A program made the position numbers and the translations under genes. This document shows, piece after piece, positions 25,070 to 37,123 of a stretch of DNA of 64,000 bases. Each line of letters begins with the position of its first letter. Position 1 is the stretch's first letter. The notes beneath the pieces were generated by a model. It saw only the letters and a program-made list of their open reading frames with translations, searched no databases and was not told the DNA's origin. Source of the DNA: Hemiscyllium ocellatum (lineage: Eukaryota); NCBI RefSeq assembly GCF_020745735.1, contig NC_083409.1:12647259-12711258 (forward strand). The letters run 5' to 3'.

Positions 25070-28000
25070 CTGTCCAGTGCTGGGAGCATTTTAGACAAGA
25101 CACCTTGTTGCCAGCAAGTTACTGCAGCTTGAAAACTCCAGTACGGTCAGAAGGAGAAAAAGGACAATGTGCAGATTGTTGAACAGGCCCCTACACCTGG
25201 GCCTGAGGCAGGAGCCCAAGCTCCAACACACTGGCCTCACTTCACACCAACCTTCACACAGTGCGGGGTCATGAACTCCGGCCATCAATCCCTCTGGGAC
25301 CGGGATGGAGTGAGGGAAAAGGGACAATTGTAGAAGAGTCAATAAGGAGTAAAGCAAGATGGAGAGGGTGTGTTGGAAAGGGGTTAGAGGAGGAAATATA
25401 CTTTGTGCCACTCAGTACAGACATCATCTACGTGTATCACAGAATGAACAAACAAAAGTCACACCGAAGTACTTTTCTTATCATAGGGGACATTTTCCTT
25501 GTAGTGTGGTAAGTACCCTGCTTCTGAAGCTGTACACTCTCTCTATGGGTCTCTCCAGATTGAGCCTGATCGCTCCAAGCAAGGCCCCAGTTTATTTTTC
25601 CTGATCAGGGACAGTGAAGCAGCTGCCCTCTAGTGGCGAGAGAGCGCTTGCACGGCTGCTGAGGATTATGGGTAAAGTCCCCTTCCATTCGCGCCCACAC
25701 ACACCAGCAGCCACTTCAGCTGCTTTATTGAAAACCACAAGCTTTCAAGGCGCTGTTCTTTCAACGGTGGAACTGGACGCACGGTCATACGAATTAGGGA
25801 CAAATGAAGGAGATTCATCCTCTTCAGCCTGCTCCCCATGGCTGACCTGATTATTCACCTTCTTACCTTACTCTGACAGATTTTTGATCAGCAATGACTG
25901 TCTACTTCTTCACTACAAGAATTCAGACGTTTCAATTTCAATTCCAAAGACCTATGACCTTTGTAAGAAATCAAAACCCTGCTCATCTAGGTCTTAAATG
26001 AGGGAACTTATTTTAGTTTTATATTCTCCCTGAAAAGGAAGCATTCTTTTCACATCCACGCTGTATTCTATGCTCTTGTTGATATGACATCTGCTTTAAT
26101 CAGCTGCTCTCCCATGAGAACAGCTGCCTATCCTGCCACCTTCAATGACTGATGCACAGAAACATCCAGGTCCTACTGCCCCTACACCCACCCATACTTG
26201 TACCCTTTAGTTTGTTTTGTCTCTCCACCTTTTCCTTCCAAAATGAATCAGTGACATCTCTTTCTATTAAATTCTACCTGCGACCATTTGTTCATTCCAT
26301 TATCTATACCCTTTTTGAAGTTCCACACTATCTTTTTCATGAGTCGCAGTAGATCCAAGTTTCATACCATCAGCAAATTTTGAAACCATGCCTTGTGCAC
26401 TCAGATTTAAATATTTTAAATAATTTTTAGAATGAACTATTTTATAAACTATTTTAAATCAAGCCTCAAATTTATTGCCCATCTCCAGTTGCTCGGACTG
26501 AGTTCTGAGCCAGATCATGGGGCCGTTAAGAATGAATCGCGTCACTGTGTGGGACTGGAGTCACAGACCGGGTGATGACTGGGTCCCCTTGTCCAAACTA
26601 CATTCATGAACATGACATTGAGTTTCTTGGGTTTTTTTGTTCAGACCCCAGCGCCTTCCTTCCCAGATGTTACACGGCTCACCAATGCCCTCTCCAGGAC
26701 AATTAGGGAAGTGCAACAAATAGCAGCCATTTTTGTGCCCGCCCATCCCAGGAGAAATCAAAATAAATGAGATACACTTCAAATGATCAAACTGGTGAGG
26801 CTTGAATTCATCTCTTTGAAAAACTGGAGCCTCGGCGAGAAATACAGCCATGACATGGGTGAACCTGGTTTGTCAGACTGAAAGGTGGAGTGTCCTTTGG
26901 ATTGAAACTGGGATCAGACACAAAATGAATTACACTCAAATAGCGAATAAACATCTATCAAAGCGGGTCACCAAAGTGCAAAGAGCAGCAATTTATCTGG
27001 GAGACCTCAACAGGTATCAGTGGGTGTAAGTGCTTTCGGCAGGCAAGTGTCAGATATTGTAGAACACACCAGAAACACAGTCACACAGAAAGGGAAGCTA
27101 TTGGGATAGAGCAGGGAAACAGGAATAACTGAATTTCTCCACTGAGAGCTGGAAGAGGTTTTCTCGGTTGTAACTCCTCTGAGAATGATAAAGCTTGAAG
27201 GGCTGTTTATTTTATAGACAATACTGCAGCGCGCAAGAAAGGATGGGGAGTGACAGATCTCCTCTAAATTGGAAACAATATCAGAAATAAAGGTCAATGT
27301 GATTTTGGATTGAATATTGAGAGTAAGGAGATGGAGGGGAGAGTGACCATGGCAGCTGTCCTGAAGAATGGTTTGGTCATGGCTAGAATGGTGCACAGTT
27401 AGAGGCTGCTTTGAGGGACAATACATAGTGGGACATGGACAGGGGATCTAGGGTCACCAGAGATGTGCAGGATAGCAAATGGAAAATGCCATGGAAAATG
27501 CAGGATTACAGGGATAGGTCGGGTAGGTGTGGGTCGGAGTGGGGTGACCTTCAAAGGGTCTGTATGAGCTTGCTGGACTGTGTGGCCTGCTTCCACTCTG
27601 TAGGAATTCCTCGATTCTGTGATTCTATGAAGGCCAGAACAGGATCTCAACAGTGGAGGGAGGGTATTCTGATGTTCAAAAATTCTCAAACAAATAAACA
27701 CAGTAAATGTAGATTTATCGTCACTGCAGACAAACTGAAAGGCAAAATGACTTATTCTCCAGTCATATACCAGGTACAGAAAATAGATCAGGAAAAATAT
27801 TTTGATGCAATTATTGGAACTTAATGATGAATGATGATAAACAGAGTGCTCCATTCAAAAAAAGACAGAATTGCTTTTTAGAATTTCAACAGGCCTGAAG
27901 CAAAAGAGGAAATCAGGATCAAAGTCATTTGAGAATATAATACTTGAGTGAGACAAAGCTCTTCTTGTGAAAGCATTTCATTTTGCCTTGCTTTCTCTCC

Positions 28001-28156
28001 ATGGATGCTGCCTGACCCGCTGGGATCTCCAGAGTTTTGCTGTGCGATTTCTTACAAAATGTCTTGTTGTGTGAAAGACAAAAGCTTTGACAAAATGTCT
28101 CTTTTTTTCAGCAACACTTGAATTTGGATCAGTTTGGAGAGAAAGCAGGGCCATGG
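25070..28156 (+). repeat. Left arm of diverged inverted segmental duplication
   Basis: Blocks at ~25070-25520, 26460-26790, 27000-27400, 27640-27900 and 28030-28156 match the reverse complement of 35900-33420 in collinear order. Confidence 0.85.
25622..25638. promoter_or_regulatory. Candidate CTCF site
   Basis: GCTGCCCTCTAGTGGCG (reverse complement CGCCACTAGAGGGCAGC) closely matches the CTCF core consensus and lies outside recognisable repeats. Confidence 0.55.
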
Positions 28157-28459
28157 AATCATCTTTCCCTGCAGGGAGGGAGGGAGTGTGTGTGGAATCT
28201 CCCATGGGCAGGGTTCTCCTGGCTGCCACCACATCAGGAAGGCTGGAGCTTGATGATCGAGCTGAATGGACAGGGCTCACTCTCACAGTCCTCAGGGCCA
28301 TGGAGCCTCTTGTGATGGGAGCATCTGCTTGGTGTCGAGGGCAGACAATGACATTGCAGTGGGATTGGAAATGGGGCAACTCGACAATGGATGCTGCACA
28401 ATGGCTGCACTGACTCTTCCTCTCTGCCTGATCCTTCCCCACACAAAGGAGAAGTTGCA

Positions 28460-29220
28460 TTAGGAACCTGTTCTAAAGGGCTACAACCCACTGCAGCACT
28501 CCCGAACTGCAAAGAGAAGAACACTTCTACAAAGACTTTGCCAAGAACAGATATTCCCGCAACTTCATCCACAGATGCATAACAGACAAACAACGCGATG
28601 AGGGTATGCCACGACCTAACTCACTAGCCACACTACCTTATATAAAAACATCGCAGTACTCCAACCACTCATAAACTGCCCAGAAACTGACAGCGACGCT
28701 CAGACAACCCACGAGAACAAAAGGCCCATACCTACCGTGTGAAAGACAGATGTAATTTACAAGAATCCATGCAACGTTTGCACAAAACACCTCGGACAAA
28801 CAGGCAGACAACTAGCCATGCACGTCCATGAACACCAATGAGCCACTAAACCCCATGAGCAGCTGTCCCGAGTAGCTATACACACAGATGACAAGGACCA
28901 CAAATTCAACTGGACCAACACTATGATCATAGGACAAGCTCAACAGAGGACAGCCAGAGAATTTCTAGAGGCATGACACTTATCCATGGGATCCATCAAT
29001 AAACACATTGACCTCGACCCAGTATACCAACCACTGCAACGAACATCAGGAACCAATAACTGTAAACAGCAGGAATGGAACCAAATAAGTTCCAGAAGAC
29101 ACAGCACAACAGCACTTCACAGGAAGCTCCAAAGCTCTGAAGATGTCACCGAGACAGGGGACAAAATGTTTACAAATCAACTTCCCAGCTCGGTGAGCAT
29201 ACCCACATCTACAGCAAAGG
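28460..29220 (+). mobile_element. Penelope-like element fragment, same family as the 37 kb copy
   Basis: Homologous to 37510-37930 (GQTGRQLA, TAREFLEA, SINKHIDLDP); degenerate hammerhead-like core at ~29134-29172. Confidence 0.8.
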
Positions 29221-29749
29221 GGGGGGGTTTTCCTGTCCTACAGTGCGCTCCAAATCCTTACCTACCCTCCTCATTGTCATACCCTCCTGCCCCTTCCTAC
29301 ACATGGAATGGGACAGCCTGGTCCTGAGGATTATAACATCCTTCTGGGACAAGGTCTCCAGGTATCTCTGCACGTCCCTGATGTGTCACCAATACTTTCA
29401 ACTCAACCTCCAGTCCAAACACTCTGTGTGGGAGTTGTTGTAGATTTATACATTCACTACAGATGTATTTAACCTGAGTCACTTTAACTCAATAAAGAAA
29501 TGTTGATCCCATTTACAAATGAAAGATACCCATTCCTCTATTAAACCAGTAATTGTCTTCAGTATCTGAATTAAAGTTTTAGTGCTTTCCATTTATTGAC
29601 CTTCCCGAATGGGGGTGTCCCGAAGCAGTACAAGACGACATGAGGATATAGACGGGCTGGGAGGGTCAGATGGGCTGATCAGTAACAAGTGGAATTCATT
29701 CAGATAAATGTGAGTCAGTGGACTGAGCTCCCCCTGACCATGTGAGTGA

Positions 29750-30290
29750 GGTGAGGGCAGAGTGACAGCACTTGACATCAAGGCCTGAGCAATGCAGCAG
29801 TTTTTCACCTGCTATTCCAAGGAAGGGATCAACATCGGGATCCCTCCAAGCAACTCCTGGGAGTTCTGTCATCCCAAAGGGACACGTCCTCCTCTTCAGT
29901 TCCCACAACCAGCAGCAAGTCAGCCACACACTGTGCAAACTGTTTGGGGGAGCTGACCTGAACTCTCACAGCCCTGTGCCATGCTCTGCTGGAAGATGGA
30001 GGGACTATTGGGGAGTCCTTGGGGCAGACAGCTCCATCAATATTGTTGGTCTTTAAACAAGATGGTGAACCTGTCCTGGTCCTCAGCCCTCCCTGACCCG
30101 ATATGGACCAGAACATGTTCAAAATGACCAACTGTGTAATGCCCCACTGCCAGTCCGACAGCAATGAGCCAATCTGCTCTGAACACTCCCTGAGTGAGCT
30201 CACTCCATTATGTTCAGATACACTGCTATTGAGTGCCCAGGGAGCCCACCCTTCCACTCTCTGGTTTTGATAACCCTCCCATCACAGAGT
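29750..30290 (-). pseudogene. Retroviral-type reverse transcriptase relic
   Basis: Across frameshifts: LNMFWSI..DQDRFTILFKDQQY*WSCLPQGLPNSPSIFQQSM (LPQG motif, 30036-29980) and QCVADLLL (degenerate QYVDDLLL, 29933-29910). Confidence 0.8.
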
Positions 30291-30375
30291 CCCCCCGTGA
30301 ACCCCTTCAGTTCGTTCTCCACTGGAGGGGGCTGGTCTCAGTGGTTTTGATGGATGCATCTGTGGGTGAGATATA

Positions 30376-30687
30376 ATGATATATAACTCAATATGTTCCC
30401 TATTCCCCACCCACACACGTATGGACACAGGCTCTTCTCCATTCATCGTACACCATCAGACACAGGTATTCAGGATGGGTACTGCCCCTTCAGAGCACCA
30501 CCATGGTGGATGGAGGGTTATGGAGAGAAAGGTTCCCTCCCCACTCTGGGTTTGGACCTTCCCCATCTACACTCTGAGTTCAGCTCACTCTCAACATGAT
30601 TCTTCAATCTTTCTGAACTCCAACACACCTTCCTTCTTTCCTCCATTTATTGGGGATGATTTTCTCAGGGCCCTGCATTCCTGCTGA
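30376..30687 (+). pseudogene. Retropepsin-like (retroviral aspartic protease) relic
   Basis: MDTGSS active-site-like motif (DTG 30424-30432) and PPFIGDDFLRAL resembling the C-terminal GxDxL motif 76 codons later. Confidence 0.5.
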
Positions 30688-30832
30688 AAGTGCCCCTTCT
30701 GTCCCTAACTGTAGTATTGCCCTCCTGCTCCCGGGACCCCATTGCCCTCTCTATTCTCCCCCTCGTGTTCCGTGCCTTGAGGGTGGAGGTTAACACTTCA
30801 CACACCCTTTCCCTGAGGCTTCAGCTCAGGCC

Positions 30833-31630
30833 ATTTCCAAAGCACACACGAGACAGAGACTGAATCTTCTTCATCTTTATTCACTTTTCCAGATTGACAT
30901 TGACAGAAAACAGTCAGCAATTATCAGCCCAGACAGAGGAAGCTGCACAAATTCACAGCCACAATGGAGCTTGAGGAAAACACTTGTGGAGATTTTCTCA
31001 ATAACCTGAGAATCCTGTCCCTTTAAACAGTGACTAAACCTTAAACTGGAACTGGTGGCTGAGCAGGAAGGAGATCTGGTTTACTGAAGCAGAGACTTCT
31101 GAGGTTCACATTGTTTTTACACAGCGGACAGTTTTCAATATCTTTGAAAGGTTATGCTTGTTATTACAACTCAACACTGTCCCCAACAAACAGTCTCCTG
31201 GACAGGGACAGAATAGGGTTAGATACAGAGTAAAGCTCTTTCCGTACTGTTCCCACCAAAGACACCCAGGACAGGGACACGATAAGAAACAGAATAAAGC
31301 TGTCTCCACACTGTCCTCGTCAAACACTCCCAGGACAGGGACAGCACTGGTTGGGAACAGAGTGAATCTCTCTCTATAGTGTCACGATAACCTGCCTTAA
31401 CCCATGAACCTCAGAGTCTCCCAGAGGCCAGTCTCAAGAAGGAAGAGAGTTGAAATTCAGTGCTGACAATGACCTTTGTCCTGCCAGCTCAGCCCTGTTC
31501 TATTTAAAGTTGTGTCTCCTCTGTGGACTGTCTCCAACACTCTACACACATTCTGATCTCCTGATGCTCTTGCTGAGTGGGGAGGGGAGCGTCACGTGGG
31601 TGAGGGCACAGGAGAAGTGAGCATTGGACT
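30833..31630 (-). pseudogene. IGKC: Inverted 5'-truncated kappa C fragment plus 3' UTR
   Basis: Reverse complement aligns to ~19552-20215. Coding remnant 31630-31542 reads SNAHFSCALTHVTLPSPLSKSIRRSECV*; homology stops abruptly at 31630. Confidence 0.93.
31175..31378. repeat. Three copies of a ~64-70 bp repeat in the paralogous kappa 3' UTR
   Basis: Units at 31175, ~31245 and 31309 (CACTGTCCCC..AAACACTCCCAGGACAGG.ACAG..GAGTAAAGCTC); a single copy at ~19803-19872. Confidence 0.85.
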
Positions 31631-31802
31631 GGCAGAAGTATCAGTTTGAATATTTGTATCGTACACCTAACAAACCCAATGTATTTTTAAATTCCTTTTT
31701 GATTGTGGACACTGAAGTCCCCCACCCAGAGTACATTCTGTGCCCTCATCACCCTCAGAGCTTCCGCTAATTGCTGTTCAACATGGAGGAGAGACTGACT
31801 TT

Positions 31803-31996
31803 CTGACAGAGCGGCATTCCCTCAGTACGAACCCTCTGACAGTGTGGCACTGTCTCAGTACTGACCCATCATTAGTGCAACACTCCATCAGTACTGACCC
31901 TCCAATAGTGTGGCACTCCCTCAGTACTGTCCTTCTGACAGTGCTGCACTCCCTCAGTACTGACCCCCTGACAGTGCTGCACTCCCTCAGCGCTGC
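31803..31996. repeat. 33-bp tandem repeat, 5-6 copies
   Basis: Unit approximately CACTCCCTCAGTACTGACCCTCTGACAGTGC(T/G)G, embedded in SINE-like sequence. Confidence 0.9.
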
Positions 31997-33419
31997 ACTG
32001 CACTCTCAGCCTGGATAATTTGCTTCAGTGATAGAATCACGTAGTGATGGAATCTGTACAATGTTGAAGCAGGCCATTCGCCCCAATGTGTTCACACCAA
32101 TCCTCCGAAGAACATTCCACCCAGATCCAAACCACTGCACTATCCCTGTAACCCTGCATTTCCCAATGGCTCATCCACCCAGTCTGCAACATTGTGAGTG
32201 TGAAGGGACAGTGCTCCCCACTGAGACCAGGCTGACACCTCCCGGTCCAATAGCCTGCCTTGCTTCCCAATCCCAGCCCACACTTGGAGGAATGAGCTAT
32301 TCGAGATGTTTCCCAGCCAGAGATAGTGCCTTCAGGAGAGAGATGGAGAGTAGATGATAGGGGCAGGGGGCAGTGGGGTCTGTTGTCTTGAGGTGGGGTG
32401 TAGGACACATTGAAGCAGGCGATGGCCGGTGCTGAGCCCTTTCCTCGGAAGGAGTTTGTAAGTTGATGGGTGAAAGAGGGAGGGGCACTAGAGTAAATCC
32501 TTTGTTGCTGCTGAAACTCTTGCTGCCTGCTCAGTCACGTCCGAGAGACACACAGACACATCAGACACACAGGAGGCAGCTTTCTGTGGATGTTCTCCTG
32601 GGGCAGGTCTCATCAGTCATGGAGCTATGGTCAGTAACAGTGTAAGCTGTGCGGCCAAGAGGTGGGCACTGTGGAGTGTGGAGTGTTTTATTCCCCCCCC
32701 CCCCCCCCCGCCGACTCTACTTTGATTCACTCCCTGCCCTCCCCTTCACTGTTTGATCACGAAGCATTGGCCTTTGCTGTGAAGGACACTGCTTGTCACT
32801 GGCCACTCGGGTATTTCCTTTCTTCCTGGAGGTGGAAAATGAATAAAGACTTCTGCACTTGTCATTTTTCACTGTGTCTCACACTTGCACACATACAGTG
32901 TGGGTGCTGGGGAAAAATTATGCACCACCATTGTTAGGCAGCTGTGTGGGGTTATAGAAAAGAAAAAAAAATAAAAACTGTGCTGCCCTGAAAGCCTGAG
33001 TCTGCATCTCAGCTCGGAAGGATATCAGCTAATTCATCAAAATTGGTCCTGCCCCTCCGCAGCTTAGTCAGGCTGCCTGTGCCTTTCCATCACTCCCAGG
33101 TTTTCCCTTGTGCCATAGCTCATTCTCCTGAGAGTTGACCATACTCAGGCCCAGCACATGGTCTTGTCCGACGGTCAGATCCTCTTCAAGAAACTCATGG
33201 CTCACCACTGCCCTCTCCTGGGCAATTGGAGAAGGGTAATAAATAGCAGACAGGTCAATACATTCCCCATCCCAAGAGAAATCAAAATAAAGGATATAGA
33301 ATTCAAATGATCAAACTGGTGGAAGATGGAGTGGATCCGTGATTAAATTTCACCTGATAATTGCTGTATTAAGTTCAAGGTGAACTTAAGGTGGTCTCTG
33401 CTGAATTCAGATCAGTTTT

Positions 33420-35900
33420 CATGGTTAACTTTCTCTCCAAACTGATTCTAATTTGAGTGTTGCTGAAAAACAAAACATTTTCTTGGAGCTTTTTGTCTTG
33501 CATGCATCAGGACAATTTGCAAGAAATGCCACAGCAAAGGGAAACAATATTTAAACTGGTGTGTTCATCGTGACAACACCTCAATCTGTCAGCACTTTCC
33601 TCTCATGCAATATAAATGTTGTTTTTTTCTCTTTCGATTGGATTTTTGCAATTGCCCTGATGAGGGAAAAACAAAAAGCTTCCACAATATTCTCAAATAA
33701 TTATTTGATCGTAATTTACTCTTTTGCTTCAGACCTGTTCAATTTCCAAGGAGTAATTCTGTCCCATTTTGAATGGAGGTCTCAGTTCATCAGCATTCAC
33801 TAAATTCCAATCTCTGCATCAAAATATTTTTCCTGACCTCCTTCCTGTACCTGGTGTTTGACTACAGACTGTGTCATCACAGCGCCTGAGACCCGGGTTC
33901 AATTCCCGACTCAGGCGACTGACTGTGTGGAGTTTGCACGTTCTCCCCGTGTCTGCGTGGGTTTCCTCCGGGTGCTCCGGTTTCCTCCCACAGTCCAAAG
34001 ATGTGCGGGTCAGGTGAGTTGGCCATGCTAAATTGCCCGTAGTGTTAGGTAGGGGTCTGGGTGGGTTGCGCTTCAGAGGGTCGGTGTGGACTTGTTGGGC
34101 CGAAGGGCCTGTTTCCACACTGTAAGTCTAATCTAATCTAATCTAATCTAATTTTGCCTTTCAGTTTGCCATCATTGACAGAAAATCTACATTTACTGTG
34201 TTGATTTCATTAAGGAATTTTGAATATCAGAATTCCCTCCCTCCCCCCTCGAGATCCTGTTCTGGTGTTTCCTTGTAACCTAGATCCCCTATCCCTGGAC
34301 CATTCTGCATTGCACCTCATAGAAACCCCTAACTGTCCACCATATTCCAGATGTGACCTAACCATTCTTCAGTACAGCTGTCCTGGCCACTCTCCCCTCC
34401 ATCTCCTCACTCTCAATATTCATTCCAAAATCCCAGTGGAATTTCCCATGTCTTATTCTGAAAATTTTCCCAATTTTAAGCATTTATGTCACTGGCCATC
34501 CTTTCTTACCCACTGCAGTACATTGTTTACAATATGAGCTGCACTTCAGCATTTATTGTTCTGAGTCATTACAAGCAGGAAAGCTTCTTGCCAACTCTCA
34601 GTAGAGAAACTCAGTTAATCCCATTGCCCTGCTCTATCCCAATCGCTTTAATTGTATTTCTGGTGTATTCAACAACATCTGCATTACAGTCTTACACCCA
34701 CTAATGGCTTTCTGTCATCTCTTGCGTTCTTCCTGATTATCTTTTTTTGCAGTTTAGTGATATTGTCTTTGTACCCGTTTGTTAGACCTTTGCAATTCAT
34801 ATTGTGCCTGATCCCAGTGCCAGTCGTTGGGGCACTCCACCTTGTAATCTGAAAAAAGCAGGCTCCAGTCTTTCAAAGAGATTAATTCAAGCCTCCCCCA
34901 GGTTATTATTTGAATTGTCCCTCATTTATTTTGATTTCTCCTGGGATGGGGCAAGCGTTGATGTGTCTGCTATTGTTTGCCCTTCCCTAATTGTCCTGGA
35001 GAGGGCGGTGGTGAGCAATTTAATATCTGGGAAGGACGGCGCTGGCATGTGTCCAAGTAAAAACCATGAAACTCAATGTCATTTTATGTATGTTCTTTAG
35101 GCAAGGGAATCCAGTCATCACCCAGACTGTGACTCCAGTCCCACAGTGATATGACTCATTCTTCACGGCCCCATGATCTGGCTCAGCAAAGAACTCAGTC
35201 TGAACTGCTGGAGATGGGCAATAAATATGAGGCTTGCCAATGACATTAACACCCTGAGAAGGAATAATGCTGCTCTTTGCTGTCTGCCTTTTATCCTCTG
35301 AGCCACCACACTCTCGCTGGTAAGGGTCTCTAATCCTCTCACATTAATATATTAAATGATGGCAATATGTGAAGAGCTTTTATTTTGAATTGTCAGTTCT
35401 CTTTTCCCATGCCTCTCTCCTCTTCAGGGGGAGGGAGGAAAAACAGCTTTTGTACTAGGATACTTATCACAGCCCAATGAAAATGTCTCCTGTGATATGA
35501 TTATCTTCACAGTGTGCTGTTTTGTTCATTCTGTGATACACGTAGACAATATCAGTATTGAGAGGGACAAAGTATATTTCCTTCTCTAACCCCTTTCCAA
35601 CACACTCTCTCCATCTTGCTTTACTCCTTATTGACTCTTCTACAATTGTCCCTGTTCCCTCACTCCGTCCCGGTCCCAGAGGGATTGATGGCCGGAGTTC
35701 ATGACCCCGCACTGTGTGAAGGTTGGTGTGAAGTGAGGCCAGTGTGTTGGAGCTTGGGCTCCTGCCTCAGGCCCAGGTGTAGGGGCCTGTTCGACAATCT
35801 GCACATTGTCCTTTTTCTCTTTCTGAATGAACTGAATCAAGTTGCAGTAAGGATCTGGCAACAAGGTGTCTTGTCTAAAATGTTCCCAGCATTGGATACA
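33420..35900 (-). repeat. Right arm of inverted segmental duplication
   Basis: Counterpart of 25070-28156; carries an extra HE1 SINE, lacks ~25520-26450, and is cut at ~35900 by a CR1. Confidence 0.85.
33877..34150 (+). mobile_element. HE1-type SINE, 5'-truncated
   Basis: Same body as the 22062 copy, with a (CTAAT)n tail. Confidence 0.88.
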
Positions 35901-36975
35901 GAATTGGCTGTGTTGGAGGAGACAGAGGGCAGTGATGGGAGGATGGTTTTCAGAATGGAGGGCTAGTGGTGTTTTACAGGGTTCAGTGGTGGGAACTCTG
36001 CTGTTCATGGTCTGCATAAATGATTTGGAGGAAGGTGTAGCTGGTCTAATTAAAAAGTTAACAGTTGATACAAAGATTGGTAGAGTTACAGATAATGAGA
36101 AGGATTGTCAGAGGATACAGCAGGATAGAGATCAGTTGGATGCATGGACAGAAAAATGGCAGATGTAGTTTAATCCAGACAAATGTGAGGTGATGCATTT
36201 TGAAAGGTGATGTACAGGTGGGAATTATACAGTGAATGGCAGAATCCTTTGGGGTATTGATATGCAGAGGGATCTGGGTGTGTATGTTCACAGATCACTG
36301 AAGGTGGCAGCACAGGGAGGTAAGGTTGTGAAAAAGGCTTATGGCCTGCTTGCCTTCATTGGAAGGGGCATTGAGTATAAGGACAGACAAGTTATGCTGC
36401 AGCTTTATAGAACTTTAGTTAGGCCACACTTGGAATAGTGCACACAGTTCTGGTCACCACACTATCAGAAGGATGTGGATGTTTTGAAGACGGTGCAGAA
36501 AATGTTTACCAGGATATTGTCTGGTATGGGGGGGATTTTAGTTCTGAAGAAAGGTTGGAGAGACTGGGTTTGTTTTCACCAGAATGAGGGAAAATGAGGT
36601 GTGACCTGATAGAAGTTTATTAAGTTTTGAATGGCATAGGTAGAGTGGAAAATATGAAGCTTTTTCCCAGGATGGAGGGGTCACTTACTCGGGGACAGAG
36701 GTTCAAGGTGCGGGGGGAGGGGGGAATTTAAAAGAGATGTGCGAGGCAAGTATTTCACACAAATGAAGTTGAGTACCTGGAACACACTGCCAGAGGAGGT
36801 GGTGGAAGCAGACACAATAGAAGTATTCAAGAAATACCTGCACTAATGCATGAATAGAAAGGGAATAGAGGGATATGAATCCTGTAGGTGAATACAGTTT
36901 CAGTGAGGAAGGGCAAAATGTGTCAGCAGAGGCTGGGCGGGCCGAAGGGCCTGTTCCTGTGCTGTATTGTGCCTT
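35900..36975 (+). mobile_element. CR1 LINE RT/3' fragment
   Basis: SGVLQGSVVGTLLFMVCINDL..DTKIG..LYRTLVRPHLE; 3' tail GGGCCGAAGGGCCTGT. Confidence 0.9.
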
Positions 36976-37123
36976 GTTCTTTGATCCCTGCTGTTGAATT
37001 GGATTCTCGGGAGCCAGCTCCGTATGAAGAGCCTGTTCTCATTCTTTTGTTGGAGTTCATGGGGCAGCTGCTGCTTCCTTGCTACGTCACTGATCAAACC
37101 AACAATATGGAAAGCCTCTTGAT

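Noticed and set aside
25257-25263. CACAGTG within the duplicated block
   Set aside because: No nonamer and no V-like upstream sequence.
30833-31630. C fragment as a processed (retro) pseudogene
   Set aside because: No poly-A tail or TSD, and homology runs ~43 nt beyond AATAAA.
31803-31996. Regularly spaced short repeats resembling a CRISPR array
   Set aside because: Contiguous tandem units without unique spacers, in vertebrate DNA with no cas genes.
32480-32980. Possible retrocopy 3' end (AATAAA 32842, A-rich 32957-32977)
   Set aside because: The A-run is ~110 nt from the signal, and no TSD or recognisable coding sequence was found.
25070-35900. Inverted arms as terminal repeats of a DIRS or Polinton element enclosing RT
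   Set aside because: Arms are multi-kb, indel-rich and exon-like; no tyrosine recombinase, polB or capsid motifs seen; the interior is a mosaic.
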